Notes: generated by a model from the letters alone, not told the origin. Positions 1 through 12,191 are shown, numbered from the stretch's first letter. The stretch is DNA of 38,622 bases from Thraustochytrium aureum (GCA_012862495.1 BLSG01000235.1:104515-143136), one strand, 5' to 3'. Made by a program: numbers and translations.

Positions 1-337
1 AAGCGCTCGCCGCAAGGCCGGAATCCGTTGGCCGTGCGAACTTCAAACAGATCACTTGGCCCCGCTCGACGTCAGCTTTGCTTTGGGCCTCATATGCGCC
101 AGATCGGTGATCTGGCGCCCGAATGCAAGCCTTTCGTGGTGGAGCGCTCTGGCACACGTAACAAAGCGAAATCTCAAGTTGTTTGCTTTCAGTTGAGTAC
201 TCTGCACCAGGACAGCGCTCCACGAGCTACAAAGCTCAGGTCGCTACTGGGGATTCTGTGTGCTGTAGAGTGGTGCTTTGGCCTTTTCCGGTCTGTCGGG
301 CTCAATTCCGTGCATGGCAAACCCGGCGCGGAGCACA

Positions 338-2713
338 TCACGTCTGAAGCGGATAAGGCATGTAGACATCTTTGCACTCGTAGAGCGTGTCGATGGCAGC
401 AGCATGCATACCCTCAACGACCGAACGCTTGAGCTTGAGCGTGGCTGTGAGCTCACCGCCCAAAACGCTAAAGTCACACGGAAGAATCGTGAACTTTTGG
501 ATTCGTGCAGCGTTGCTTGGGCAGACCTGACCGTTTTGGTTGGTCGCTGCGATGGCGTCTGTGACTCGCTTGATCCAGACCGGATCCTTTGACGCGTCGG
601 AGATGGTTGTGACCCCGGGGCTCACATCGAGGACGGATGAATCAAGGTGATCGGTCCCAGGAAGCTCGCCGGTAGCGCCTTCCGCCTTCAGCGTGACGAC
701 AGCAACGTTAAACTTGCGCTGGTCGCCAATCATCATGATGTTGGAGATCCCGTGAAAGTTCTTCATGATATCGTCCTCAATGGGCACTGGCGCAATATTC
801 TCTCCCCCCGCACCGATGATGAGCTCCTTGAATCGACCTGTGACACGCAGCATCCCGTCGATGTTCTTGCAGCCCTTGTCCCCAGAGTGCAGCCAGCCCT
901 CATTGTCGATCACGTCGCGGTTCTTCTTGTCAATCTCCGCGACGTGCTCCTCGCCGAGTGCGGGGTTTGCCATGTAGCCAAGCATGACAATGCGGCCGCG
1001 GAAGCAAATTTCGCCTTCGTTCTCCGGGAGCGGGTTGTTGATGTCGGACGTGGGCTTGCAGAGGACCTTTTTGTTGATATCGTTCGGGTCGACTTGGAAC
1101 ACCTCGACTTGCACGCCTGGGAGCGCGAAACCGACAGACCCCCAGAGAAAGGTGCTGGGCATCGAGAGCGTGGCGCACCCCGTCGTCTCGCTCATGCCGT
1201 ACACTTCGTTGATGTTGATACCAAGAGACCCAAAGTACTCGAGAGTCTCGCGCTTGATGGGAGCAGCCCCGGTCATCCCAATCTGGCACTTGTCGAGGCC
1301 AAGCTTCTCCTTGATCTTGTCGAGGACAACCGTTTTGGCGGTCTTGTACCCGAAAGGCACCTTGCCCGAGTGGCCGAGCTGCTGCTCGCGGGCATACTGG
1401 AGGGCCTTGCTCTTGGCCGCGCGAGCAACCTTTTTCTTGATGCCCTTGATGCTCTTCCCGATGGCCAGGAGGCGCTCTTGAACCTTTTCCCAGACGCGCG
1501 GGACGCCGAGAAATAGGGTCGGCCGGGTCATTTTGAGCCTGTCGCCAGCGAGCCGGCCTTGAGGTCGTACGGCCGCGCAAAGGTGACCTCGAAGCCCTCG
1601 CCATTGGCCGGCATCACGCTGGTGAGGAGGAGCGGGACGAAGATGTCTACGAGCGAGCCGGCAATGTGCGAGAGCGGCAGATAGCTGATCAGACGGTGCT
1701 TTTCGCTCGTATCGATCGAGCTGCCCATGACCTTGAGCATCGAAATGCTCTCAAACACGATGTTGTCGTGGCTGATCATGACGGCCTTTGGGTTGCCTGT
1801 GGTCCCGCTTGTAAAGATCAAGTCTGCGCAGTCGGTCGGCTGGACGGCTTGGAGACGCTCCTGGACCTCTGCCTCGCAGCCCTTGCCCAATTCGATCGCC
1901 TCTTTCCAACTCAGGAGTTGAANNNNNNNNNNNNNNNNNNNNNNNNNNNNNNNNNNNNNNNNNNNNNNNNNNNNNNNNNNNNNNNNNNNNNNNNNNNNNN
2001 NNNNNNNNNNNNNNNNNNNNNNNNNNNNNNNNNNNNNNNNNNNNNNNNNNNNNNNNNNNNNNNNNNNNNNNNNNNNNNNNNNNNNNNNNGAAGTCATCGT
2101 TCCAGTGCACAATCGCGCGTAGGTAAGGGAGGTCGTCGGCAGTTGCAAGAAACTTTTCGGCGGCCTCGGCATTCTCTGCGAACGCGACAGAGCTGTTGCT
2201 GAGCTTTGCCTTCCAGTTCACCTGGGCTGGCGTGTCAGTCGGGTAGATCCCGGTGAAGCAGCCTCCGCCGGCCAGCGAGGCGATGGCGGCCATGTGCCAC
2301 TCGGGCGCGTTGAAGCCAAAGATGCAGACGCAGTCTTTAGACTTGAAGCCGACTTTGACCAGGCCGGCCGCGATCTGCTTGGACTCTTTCCAGTACTCGC
2401 CAAACGTCCAGGTGGTCAACTGCGAGGGGTCCATTGCGGGCGGTGCCTTCTTGTCAACGAGCGGCGGCACGGGGCGCTCGACGCGCAACGCCTGGCAGTT
2501 GGCCTTACTAGAGGCAGCCAGGCGCTCGAAGATTCTGGTCAGCGTGTCGGGTGGGCACCCCTCCTCTGAGGCAACGCCCTTGGCAGCAAATCGGATCGGC
2601 CGCGTTGCCATGATGCTGTGCACGTAGTGAGGGGCGTCCTCGGCCTTTTGTATCGAGGCATGCTCCTCGCTCAGCTTTGGCGGCTGCACCGGAAGCGATA
2701 CCCCGCCACCCAT
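338..2713 (-). CDS. Long-chain fatty-acyl-CoA synthetase, ACSBG/bubblegum-like (N-gap inside; apparent 1-nt frameshift at 1545-1546)
   Basis: ATG at 2713 (MGGGVS...). Motifs: AMP-binding LIFTSGTTGNPKAVMISHDN, SYLPLSHIA, FLGVPRVWEK, YGMSETTG, GWLHSGDKG and RFKELIIGAGGENIAPVPIED. Adding one G at 1545-1546 gives continuous GSLGDRLKMTRPTLFLGVP. Stop at 338. Confidence 0.93.
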
Positions 2714-4225
2714 TCTCAAACTCGCGCTCCTGGCGAGCGCCCGTCAGGCTCGGTCGTGCTGCGCGCTGCGTTCAAGCCAGACTGCTCGAGTGCCCTTCGC
2801 CGCGACTTCCTCTTGGTCAATGCAGGTCTGCAGGGTAGGAGATGCGTTGATCGCTTTCGCTTCCTCGTCGCGTTGTGGGACAATTCGTCGTGCAAACCAA
2901 CTCGTAGCTCAGCCAATCGCGCACCAGAACGCCGGCAAACAACGAGCAACGCTTTTTTTGTTGTTAACCAAGCAAACCAAGCCAGCCCCAAACCTCGAAA
3001 ACTGCGCACTCTTCGAAACGTACAACTCGTCCCGAAGAGCACACCGCCGCCGCCTGCCGCGCCGCGCGTTGCCTTCCCTTGCACTGGAAGTGAAGAGCAT
3101 CCACGCCCGAGTGTCCGTTGAACGGGCAAATCAATGTGGTGCAGTTTACAACCTTTAAGAATAATACGGAGATAATACGTAGAGAAATACAAGCTTGGAA
3201 TGCAGGAAAGACATCGCGAGGATGAGCATAGGACTGCCGCGTGCAAGCGCAGTTGCAGCGCAGTTCCATGCCGGCACGCGATCTCTTCAAGAATTCGTGC
3301 GGCGTGGCGTGGTGCACCAGCGCCGCTAGGCAGACAAGGCTTGGGCTGAAATGCATAGCGCTGGCTTTGCTATGTATCTCGGCCGTTCGACGGAAGGCAA
3401 GCTCTGGCCTTCGCGGTTTGAAGTGCCAGCGGTTTGCGCCGTCGCGCGTCTCGGATGAAGTTGTCCAGGCCAAATACTTTGATTGGCAACCTAAGGCGGC
3501 AATGCACTTTGGGTGGATCACCGTTCCCACGGTTGGTTGCCAGACTCTCCTGTAGCTTGAAGTGGCGGACGGCGCAATCTCCAAACCTTGAACGATGAGG
3601 CACTGGCTGCCCTACAACCTAAGGCAGCATATTACTTGGGAAGTTCGCCGCAGCATGAGGCTACGCACTGGAGAGGCGTGACCTCAACGAAGGCTTGCTT
3701 CGCGTTCGCTTTCAGGCCCTGTGGTGCGTGCAGGACGCTCGGGAACCATGGAATGAGTCTCTTGCACGTGTCGATTTTGGGCTACGAAGGGACAAGTGGT
3801 CTGCTGTCTCGCGGGTGCCTGCGACCCCTGCCCTCTGTCCGGGCCGTCCGTGCTCTCTCTAGAGCTAGATAGGCCTAGTGAGCCGCCGGTCGCCGAAGTG
3901 ATCGTGCACAGCCACGTGCGCTGTCCGAGCACAATCACTGCAATGCCAGCGAGCGCCCTGTTGCTCTGCCAAGCCCGAGAACGACGTTTGCCGAATACTA
4001 GCTAGCTAGAGTATCTGAAATTGGGCGCAAGAAACAGAAAGGTCGAGATTGGTTCGAGACAACTATTTCAGGTTCGTTTGTGCACGCCGCTGGCGTTCCG
4101 AGGAGCCCACGGCGCGCTGGCCACAGCAGGCGGAGGCGGGTAATTTCAAAAAGTTGTAAACGCGCGCCGACGATCCCAGCACAAAGCACGCGCCTCCAAA
4201 GATGAGGGCCGCCAGAGCCAGCCCA

Positions 4226-5944
4226 TCAGGCCTTCTCGCTCTTGTTTTCGCCGCCAACGACCTTGACTTTGAGAGACGCAGAGCTCGTCAAGTCGACCTC
4301 CTGGCAATACCCGTACGTGGCCACGACCTCGCCGCGCGATGTAAACACTGGGTGGTACTCCTCAAGCTTTTTTTCAGGGCCAAGGCCGCTCAGCACCAGG
4401 AGCGCGTGCGCCAGGCGAAGGTAGGACTTTCCGGTGTGCGCCTTGGTCGACCCAACGACGACGACGGCCAGCGGCGCACCTGGCGTCGGGGCGATCTCGG
4501 GAGCCAGGTATGCACTCCCCACTAAGGCCGCTTCAACGTACAGCCACCCGCCACGCTCGACCAAGTCGAGGCCAGGGTAGTTTGATTCGGCCGACTCCCG
4601 CACCGCCTTGATCGAGTCCCCAAACTCTCTGCCTACAAACATCTTGCCGCGCTTCGACGCCGTCATGACAGGAAAAGGGAGCACGATGCGCGGCGAAAAG
4701 AACGGTTTCCAAGCGCGGTTGTAGAACTCGGACCCGAGGCGGTAAGTGGACGGGTACACAACGATTGGGCGAAACGCGCGCGAAGGGTCGCTGTATATCA
4801 AGTTGCGCGCGCGCGCGTCGAACTTGGGTTCGCTGCCGGTGTCCAGCGCGTCCTTGTAGCTCATCTGCAGGCTCTTCAAGGCGAGCGGGAGCACAAAGCC
4901 TTTACCGCCAATCGTAGGCGAGCCCAAATCTTTGAGGAACTTGACCTGCAGGCCGCGAACGATGTTGGGGGCATTGTCCAGCACGTGGGAGGTGTCTGGC
5001 TTTACCAGGGTGTCGCGCGACTGACCCTTCTTGCGGGTGACGCCGGGCACTGCGTTCTGAAGGGCGGAGAGGAAAACGTCCTCGTTCTGGGAGGCGATTC
5101 GTTTGGAGCACCACATGACAAACCTTGTTGGATACTCGCACAGCTCTTCGTTCCAGCGCACCTTCCACTCGGAGACCTCGCGCGAGTCAGCCTGAAACGG
5201 CAAGCGGATCCTGCGCGCGAGCCAGTACAGCGGCGCAAAGGGGCGCCAGAGCGCCTCGACCTTCGGGAACAAGATGACCGAGTCGTGCGTCACGGCGTAG
5301 ATCTCGGACATGAAGCGCGTATTGCTCATTGTAGAACTGGAAGCAGCAAAGCCAGCATTTGCGCTCGCCTCTTCCCCTTCCTCGTCGTCTCCTTCCTCGT
5401 CTTCCTCTTCCTCCTCCTCTTCGTCTTCTTCCTCTTCTTCCTCTTCGTCGTCGTGGTCGTCGTCCGCCTCTTCGTCCTCTTCGTCGCCGTGGCTATCGCC
5501 CTCCTGGTTGTCCCAGTGTTCAGCGGTGCCGACCGCGCGCGCCGCTCTGCGGCGGCTGCCAGCGTGCTTGTTGTTGAAGAAACCGACGATCGTGCCAGCT
5601 TTGACAGGCTGCCAATTCGATTCACCCATGCCGCTCGCCCAAGTAAAGCCTTGCTCGGTCAGGACGTGCACGTCGCTGAGCTGGTACGGCTGGAAGATGC
5701 TGCTGTACTGGCACGGAACCTCAACGTAGGAGTTGACAGCCGGTGGCTCTGCTGCCTCGGCCGCGCCGGCGGCGGGCGGGCCGTCTCCGGCGGCGCCCCT
5801 CCCGCTCGGCGCCTCGAGCAGCTTCACTTTGAAGCGCTTGACGCCGTACACTGGGAAATCGTTCACGAACTCGGTCTGCGGAAACCCCGGCCATGGCCGG
5901 CGCCCCGCCTTGTTGGCGGAGGGCCGCACGCAGAGCCCCAGCTC
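4226..5944 (-). CDS. Hypothetical protein with long Asp/Glu tract (5' part lost in gap)
   Basis: About 570 open codons from the gap edge to the stop at 4226. Two globular-looking blocks flank an acidic run (DEEDEEADDDHDDEEEEEEEDEEEEEEEDEEGDDEEGEE). No family recognised. Confidence 0.8.
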   Translation of the reverse strand, partial: ELGLCVRPSANKAGRRPWPGFPQTEFVNDFPVYGVKRFKVKLLEAPSGRGAAGDGPPAAGAAEAAEPPAVNSYVEVPCQYSSIFQPYQLSDVHVLTEQGFTWASGMGESNWQPVKAGTIVGFFNNKHAGSRRRAARAVGTAEHWDNQEGDSHGDEEDEEADDDHDDEEEEEEEDEEEEEEEDEEGDDEEGEEASANAGFAASSSTMSNTRFMSEIYAVTHDSVILFPKVEALWRPFAPLYWLARRIRLPFQADSREVSEWKVRWNEELCEYPTRFVMWCSKRIASQNEDVFLSALQNAVPGVTRKKGQSRDTLVKPDTSHVLDNAPNIVRGLQVKFLKDLGSPTIGGKGFVLPLALKSLQMSYKDALDTGSEPKFDARARNLIYSDPSRAFRPIVVYPSTYRLGSEFYNRAWKPFFSPRIVLPFPVMTASKRGKMFVGREFGDSIKAVRESAESNYPGLDLVERGGWLYVEAALVGSAYLAPEIAPTPGAPLAVVVVGSTKAHTGKSYLRLAHALLVLSGLGPEKKLEEYHPVFTSRGEVVATYGYCQEVDLTSSASLKVKVVGGENKSEKA

Positions 5945-6871
5945 NNNNNNNNNNNNNNNNNNNNNNNNNNNNNNNNNNNNNNNNNNNNNNNNNNNNNNNN
6001 NNNNNNNNNNNNNNNNNNNNNNNNNNNNNNNNNNNNNNNNNNNNNNNNNNNNNNNNNNNNNNNNNNNNNNNNNNNNNNNNNNNNNNNNNNNNNNNNNNNN
6101 NNNNNNNNNNNNNNNNNNNNNNNNNNNNNNNNNNNNNNNNNNNNNNNNNNNNNNNNNNNNNNNNNNNNNNNNNNNNNNNNNNNNNNNNNNNNNNNNNNNN
6201 NNNNNNNNNNNNNNNNNNNNNNNNNNNNNNNNNNNNNNNNNNNNNNNNNNNNNNNNNNNNNNNNNNNNNNNNNNNNNNNNNNNNNNNNNNNNNNNNNNNN
6301 NNNNNNNNNNNNNNNNNNNNNNNNNNNNNNNNNNNNNNNNNNNNNNNNNNNNNNNNNNNNNNNNNNNNNNNNNNNNNNNNNNNNNNNNNNNNNNNNNNNN
6401 NNNNNNNNNNNNNNNNNNNNNNNNNNNNNNNNNNNNNNNNNNNNNNNNNNNNNNNNNNNNNNNNNNNNNNNNNNNNNNNNNNNNNNNNNNNNNNNNNNNN
6501 NNNNNNNNNNNNNNNNNNNNNNNNNNNNNNNNNNNNNNNNNNNNNNNNNNNNNNNNNNNNNNNNNNNNNNNNNNNNNNNNNNNNNNNNNNNNNNNNNNNN
6601 NNNNNNNNNNNNNNNNNNNNNNNNNNNNNNNNNNNNNNNNNNNNNNNNNNNNNNNNNNNNNNNNNNNNNNNNNNNNNNNNNNNNNNNNNNNNNNNNNNNN
6701 NNNNNNNNNNNNNNNNNNNNNNNNNNNNNNNNNNNNNNNNNNNNNNNNNNNNNNNNNNNNNNNNNNNNNNNNNNNNNNNNNNNNNNNNNNNNNNNNNNNN
6801 NNNNNNNNNNNNNNNNNNNNNNNNNNNNNNNNNNNNNNNNNNNNNNNNNNNNNNNNNNNNNNNNNNNNNNN

Positions 6872-8597
6872 CTCGGTGTCCAGTGCCGCCTGCAGCCTCT
6901 CCAGGTCGGCGCTCAGCCGCTCGCTCTCCCGACCGGCGTCGGCAGCTGCGCGCCGCAGGCGAACCAGACGGGCCTCCTCGACCTGGAGCGCGCTCAGCGT
7001 CTCTGCGGACAGTGCGGCGGAGCGCGTCAGGCCCTTTTCGAGCTTCCGAACCTCGGACCGAACCTCGCGAGCGCTCTGCTGCCCCGCTTGGGCGGCTGGC
7101 CGAGCCGCCGCCAACTTGCGGCCAAGCTCCGCGGCGCGGTCTGCTTCGCTTCTTCCGGATGCCTCAACAGCAGCAAGTGCGGCCTCCATGTCCGCGACTT
7201 CAGAGCTGCTTGCCTTGATGTGAAGCCGCGTTTTGGCGGCCACCTCGCGCGCCATGGTCAAGTCTTTGCGCGCTTGCTCGCTGTCGCGCCGTTTTGCGGC
7301 GAGCTGGTGCTCGGCGTCGTGGATCCGCGCGACCCAGGCTGCGCGCCGAGTCTCGACCTCACGAACGAGCTCGGCGCATTGCGTGTCCAAGTTGTGATTT
7401 CGGCGCCGGCACGCGCGGAGTGCTTTGTCGCGCTCCTTGACGTCCCGCTCGAGCGCACAAATGGCGTCCCGTTCTTCGCGCAGTGCGGTCAACGCGGCAG
7501 CCGCCTCCTCCTGCTCTGCGTGTGTTTTTGAGAGGCCTTCGCCGAGCGAAGTGCACCTGGCCTCGAGCCTGAGTCTTTCCTCGTTGAGTGCCTCTACGCG
7601 CCGCTCGTCGACAGCGGTGGTGCTCGAGTCGGCCGCGCTTGCACGTGCCGTCTCGTCTAGTCTCTTGCAGAGCGTACGCACGAGGGCTTCCTTTTCTCGC
7701 ATGGTGGCCTCTGCCGCGACAGCGCGCAGCTTGGCCCGCTGCAAGGCCGCCAAAATCTCGCGGACCTGCTGCGCCCCGCCAGACAGGTCTTCATCAGGCG
7801 GATTTTCTCGCTCGACGCGGGCGCTCGCACGCGCCCTTGCAGTGTCAGACCAACCGTTGTCAGATTGGCCAATCTGCCGCATAGTCGCTCGCTTACTCGG
7901 CCCCTCTGCTGCTCGGGCAGTCCAGCCAGCGTCGACGAGCTCTGATTGCAAAAGAAGGATCTGTCGCTGTGTCTGTTCGAACCGGCCTTGGACTCGCGCC
8001 TCGCGCGCCTTGGTCTCCGCGAGCTCCTGCCGAGCGCGGTCGAGCCTGTCCGCCATCTCGCGGATGCGCGCGTCCGCATTCTCGCGCTCGCCCGAGATTT
8101 CCCCGCGAGCCTTGCCGAGCTGGCTCTCGAGTGCCTCGTTCTTGCGGAGCACCTCGCGGACGTTTTCCTGAGCAACCGCGACTTGCTGCAGCGTCTTCTC
8201 CATCGTCTCCCGTGCTGCGCGCTCTTTGCGTTCGAGAATGGCGAGCTTGTTCAGCATGTCCCGCTGGAGACGCTCCGCGCCCTCGCCATCTGGGACCTCT
8301 GTGTCACTTGCCTCTTCAGCGATTGCGCGGCTCGGCCCACGCGGCCCCGTTTGGGGACTCGTGGTGTGGTGGCGGCCTTTTGCAACGGCGCCAATCTCGT
8401 CTACCTTTCCGCGCAAACGAGAGATTTCATCGAGGACCTGGGCGAGCCCGTTGCCAGAGTTCAGGGGCCCGGTTTTTTTGTCTGTGCGTGGCTCGGCGCT
8501 TTGTGCGCTTGTCACCGTCCCACTTTGGCTATCCGAATGCGGTTGGTGCTGCTGTGTTTGCTGCTGCGGCTGTGTGTCTGCTGCTGCGGCTGCTGTG

Positions 8598-8629
<32 letters not shown>

Positions 8630-8979
8630 ATGGTCCTGCGATCGATTTGGGCGACCATCTCCCGGATGGCCCCGATTTGAGCAACTAGCTCCGGCTCTGC
8701 TGCGCGCTCCGGCTTGGAAGGACCGTGCTCTGGCAGAGTTTCGCGATCGAGCTCGGGCAAGACCAACGCTGGGAGCTCCCTTTCGCGAAAGCGAGATGGT
8801 GGTGGTTCAAAGGCCACAGGCAGTCGAGCGGCCCGTCTAAGAGCCTGAAATGTGGCCCTGCCCTTGCGCAGCATCGAAATGGATCGATGCATTTCCCGAA
8901 GCACCTCTTCAACATCCTGTTCCTCGTGAACGCTCGCACCGGGCGACCCGGCGCCGCCAGCACGCCGTCCAATCATCAT
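6872..8979 (-). CDS. Long coiled-coil protein with polyQ tract (3' end in gap; apparent 1-nt frameshift at 8519-8521)
   Basis: Probable ATG at 8979 (MMIGRR...EEVLREMHRSISML). The frame ending KVGR* joins VTSAQS... if the GGG run is GGGG. E/A/R/L-rich heptad sequence continues to the gap. Confidence 0.72.
8599..8628 (-). repeat. (CAG)10 polyglutamine microsatellite
   Basis: Ten perfect CTG units on +, read as Q10 in the coiled-coil gene. Confidence 0.95.
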
Positions 8980-9028
8980 GAGGCCTTCAAACCCAGCTAG
9001 CACCGTTGCCAATCCAAGCCCGAGCGAC

Positions 9029-9052
9029 ACGCACGCACGCACGCACGCACGC
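9029..9052. repeat. (GCAC)n tetranucleotide microsatellite
   Basis: acgcacgcacgcacgcacgcacgc just upstream of the coiled-coil gene. Confidence 0.85.
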
Positions 9053-9521
9053 TTGCTCGCGAGCTGAGGCGTCCGATTCACGCAGCGAGGCNNNNNNNNN
9101 NNNNNNNNNNNNNNNNNNNNNNNNNNNNNNNNNNNNNNNNNNNNNNNNNNNNNNNNNNNNNNNNNNNNNNNNNNNNNNNNNNNNNNNNNNNNNNNNNNNN
9201 NNNNNNNNNNNNNNNNNNNNNNNNNNNNNNNNNNNNNNNNNNNNNNNNNNNNNNNNNNNNNNNNNNNNNNNNNNNNNNNNNNNNNNNNNNNNNNNNNNNN
9301 NNNNNNNNNNNNNNNNNNNNNNNNNNNNNNNNNNNNNNNNNNNNCACGCTTGCGCCTACTCCCTTCGCCGCACGCGGGCCGCGCCGATTACGCGCCGAGG
9401 CCGCGCCGCCCTCGCGCGTGCCCGAAGGGCGCCCGAGCTCGAACGCGTTCTGGTCAGGTCGAGAGTTCTCGCGGTCGCAATTCAAAAAAAAGCTCTTCGG
9501 CGGCGGGTGTAAGTAAATCGA

Positions 9522-9577
9522 TTGGGCGGCGCGAATCGATTTATTATTTTTGGGCGGCGCGAATCGATTTATTATTT
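9522..9577. repeat. Perfect 28-bp tandem duplication (2 copies)
   Basis: ttgggcggcgcgaatcgatttattattt at 9522-9549 and 9550-9577. Confidence 0.95.
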
Positions 9578-9773
9578 GCGATTCTATCCGTTGCAGGTAC
9601 CTTGATGACAAGCGCGGAGACTCGAGGCGGCCGGCAGCAGTGTCCGAGCTCGCGCAGCATCCACGAAAGAATAGACGAGCGCGAGCAAGTCGCCCGTGCA
9701 GCAACCGAACGCGCGGAGCAGTTTGCGCAGGCGCAGGTTAGCCGGGAGGGCTGAGGTCGCTGCTGCTCGCACA

Positions 9774-10501
9774 ATGTTTGGGGCAGCGAGCGCGCCGGGC
9801 ATGTACTCGACCAAGCACAAGGTCCACGCCAAGGCCGACCTCGGCGTGCTCTCGGTGAACAACGGCAAGGGCGCCGCGTATGGGACAAAGAAGGACAAGA
9901 TCAGCCGCTACGAAGGCAAGCAGTTCAGCCTGCCACACAGCGACAAGCTCTTCAGCACGTACAAGTTCGACGGCAAGGACCCGTACTGCCCCGCCAACTG
10001 TAAGTCACAACTTGCTCTCGCTGCCTAGCTTCCCAGGCGGGCCGGCTGACACTCCGGGCCTTGGCCAACGCAGCCTACCGCAATGTGCCTCGCAAGCTTG
10101 GCTTCGGGTCTTCGGAGCCGCCCAAGCGCGACGAGTTTAGCAACACGATTGCAATCGAGCAGTATCGCGAGGCAATCAGCTCCGTGAGCAAAGCCGCAGC
10201 CAAGGCGGCGAGGAAGATTGCGAAGGACGGGGGCGGCGACCAGGCCCTCCCGACCTATGGCGAGTCTGAGGAGCCCAAGGAAGAAATGTTCGAGTACGAC
10301 CAAGCGCACTCTGTCAACCCAGACATTATCGGCAAGCCGAAGACCTGGCGCCAGCTGAATCTGGGCACCATGCGCACATCGACGTCAGTCTACGGCCAGG
10401 ACTGCGACCAGATCAAGAACCGTGCCGCGAACGGGCGCACGACCGCCTCCGCCTCGTTCTTCAACAACAACCACCTACGCGTCGGCGACGAGGAGATGTA
10501 G
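9774..10501 (+). CDS. Two-exon conserved-looking protein, possibly flagella-associated (CFAP96/UPF0602-like, tentative); exons 9774-9999 and 10074-10501
   Basis: ATG 9774. Intron 10000-10073 (GTAAGT, GCTGAC branch, CAG) joins DPYCPAN-S-YRNVPRKLGFGSSEPPKRDEFSNTIAIEQYRE in frame. The family guess comes from remembered motifs and is unverified. Confidence 0.75.
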
Positions 10502-11031
10502 ACAAGACCACCAAATCAACCCATTTCCTCCCTCTGCGCTTCCGCCGCCAGTCCAGCGCAACCGCAGCACCTTGACCAACCCGTGGCTCCCATCGCAACG
10601 CAGATCACGCAAGCTCCAAAAACCGCAGCACGCTGCCAATAGGTCGGCTTCCTCGCAGGCCATCCCAATGCATATCCGCGAGGCAGCACGTCCATCGTAG
10701 AGCGAGTGCTTCGATTGTTGTGTGAAGTGCGAGACTCGCCTTTTTTTCCAATTCCCAATTCCGATCCGTTCAACGGACATAAAGATGAGGCTCGCCGCCC
10801 AACATCGGCGATGATGCCAGCAGACCAGCATCGCCTTTGGCCCTCCACCATCCTCATCGCCATCGACAGCAGCGGCAGGAGAAGAAGGAGGCGCAGCAGC
10901 AGCTGGTGCTGCTGCGACGGCGGCGGTGGCTGTTGAGGCGGTAGTGGCTTGCGTAGCGCTGTGGCCAGTGCGACAGTCGTTGACTTTTTTGCTCAATACA
11001 GTGTCGGTGCGGCGCCGCCAACGCGAGGAGC

Positions 11032-12191
11032 ATGGCGTCAGGCACGAGCGGCGCGATCGTGCAGAGCGAGGGCAAAGACGAAGAGGCGGTGACTAGAATG
11101 CAGGGGAGCGCGGTGCGCGAGGAAGGGGAAGAGGACGAGGAGGTGGCTGACAATGACGACGAGGTCAAGGTGCCGGAAAACCCGTTTCAGCTTCCGAGCG
11201 ACGACCAGGTGTTCCTGCTCCGGGAGCGCGAGCGCAAGCTCAAGCAAGAGAAGCGCGAGCGCCTCAAAAAGCTCAGCGTGTGGGAAAAGACGCAGGAGAG
11301 CACCAAACGAAAGGGCGTCTCGCGACGCATTCTGGACGGCGGTGATCAAGCCAGCTCGGCGCTGATGCCCGACCCGCGGCGCAAGCACGGGCTGTCAACG
11401 ACGACCGCGGCAGCAATGTCGTCGGACCGGCGCCGCGAGAAGGAAAACATGACCGACTTTATCGCCAAGAAGCGCGAGATGTTCCTCGTGCAAATGTCGC
11501 TGGACACCAAACGCGAGGAGATCCGCAAGCTGGAGGAGAAGGCCCAGCTCAAGGAGGAGGCGCTGCGCAAGTCGGAGCTCATGCTAGAGGAGGACGCGAT
11601 CCGCTTTGACACGTTTCTCAAGGAAAATGACAAGAAGGCGCACGAGGCCATCAAGCGCGCCGAGTTGGAGACCAAGCTCAAGCAGGACAAGCTGCAAGAG
11701 ATCAAGAAACTCAAGCACCAAATCCACGTGGTCCAGGCCGACATGACCAAACTGCGAGAGCAGCTGCAGGACTGCCTCGAGTACAAAGACTTTTTGGACA
11801 AACTAACCCCGCCCGAGTGGTTCGAAGAGCAGCGGCGCGTCCAGCGCGCGCAGCGGCGCCGCATGAAGCGCGCATACCGAAACAAGAAGATTCGCGAGTA
11901 CGAGGAGAAGAAGCGCCTCATCATGCAAGAGTACGACGAGCAGCGCCGCAAAGAGGATGCCCGCATGGCAGGCCGCAGCCGCGCAATCCGCAAAGAGAAC
12001 ACGACCACCGTGCAGCCCCCAAGCTCCCGGACAAGCCGCGGTTCGACTTCTCCGAGGACGAAGAGAGCGACAGCGAGAGCGAGGAGGCGGAGGCCGCCTC
12101 GGACGACGAGTCCAAGCAAGGCGAGGGCAAGCGCGCCGACCGCGAGTCCAAGTCGGCAGACGTAGAGGAGATGCTGGCCAACGAGATGGAG
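11032..12191 (+). CDS. CFAP100: Cilia- and flagella-associated protein 100 (CCDC37/38, DUF4200 family); 3' end in gap; apparent frameshift at 12016-12020
   Basis: NPFQLPSDDQVFLLRE, FIAKKREMFLVQMSLDTKREEIRKLEE...LEEDAIRFDTFLKEND and YKDFLDKLTPPEW match FAP100/CCDC37. Reading C5 as C6 continues into PPKLPDKPRFDFSEDEE. Confidence 0.88.

Noticed and set aside
647..1516. Long antisense ORFs over real genes (also 16684-17791, 25038-26195, 34293-35105)
   Set aside because: Shadow ORFs caused by high GC3 codon bias on the coding strand.
1528..1560. Pseudogene call for ACSBG (and the other frameshifted genes)
   Set aside because: Motifs are intact on both sides and every break is a single base in a homopolymer, so sequencing error is more likely.
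2964..3990. Short ORFs between ACSBG and the orphan gene
   Set aside because: No recognisable motifs or coding-like codon bias; treated as intergenic.
4226..8515. Single 1429-aa ORF
   Set aside because: It spans a 927-N gap of estimated length, so frame continuity is uninformative. The two parts are reported separately.
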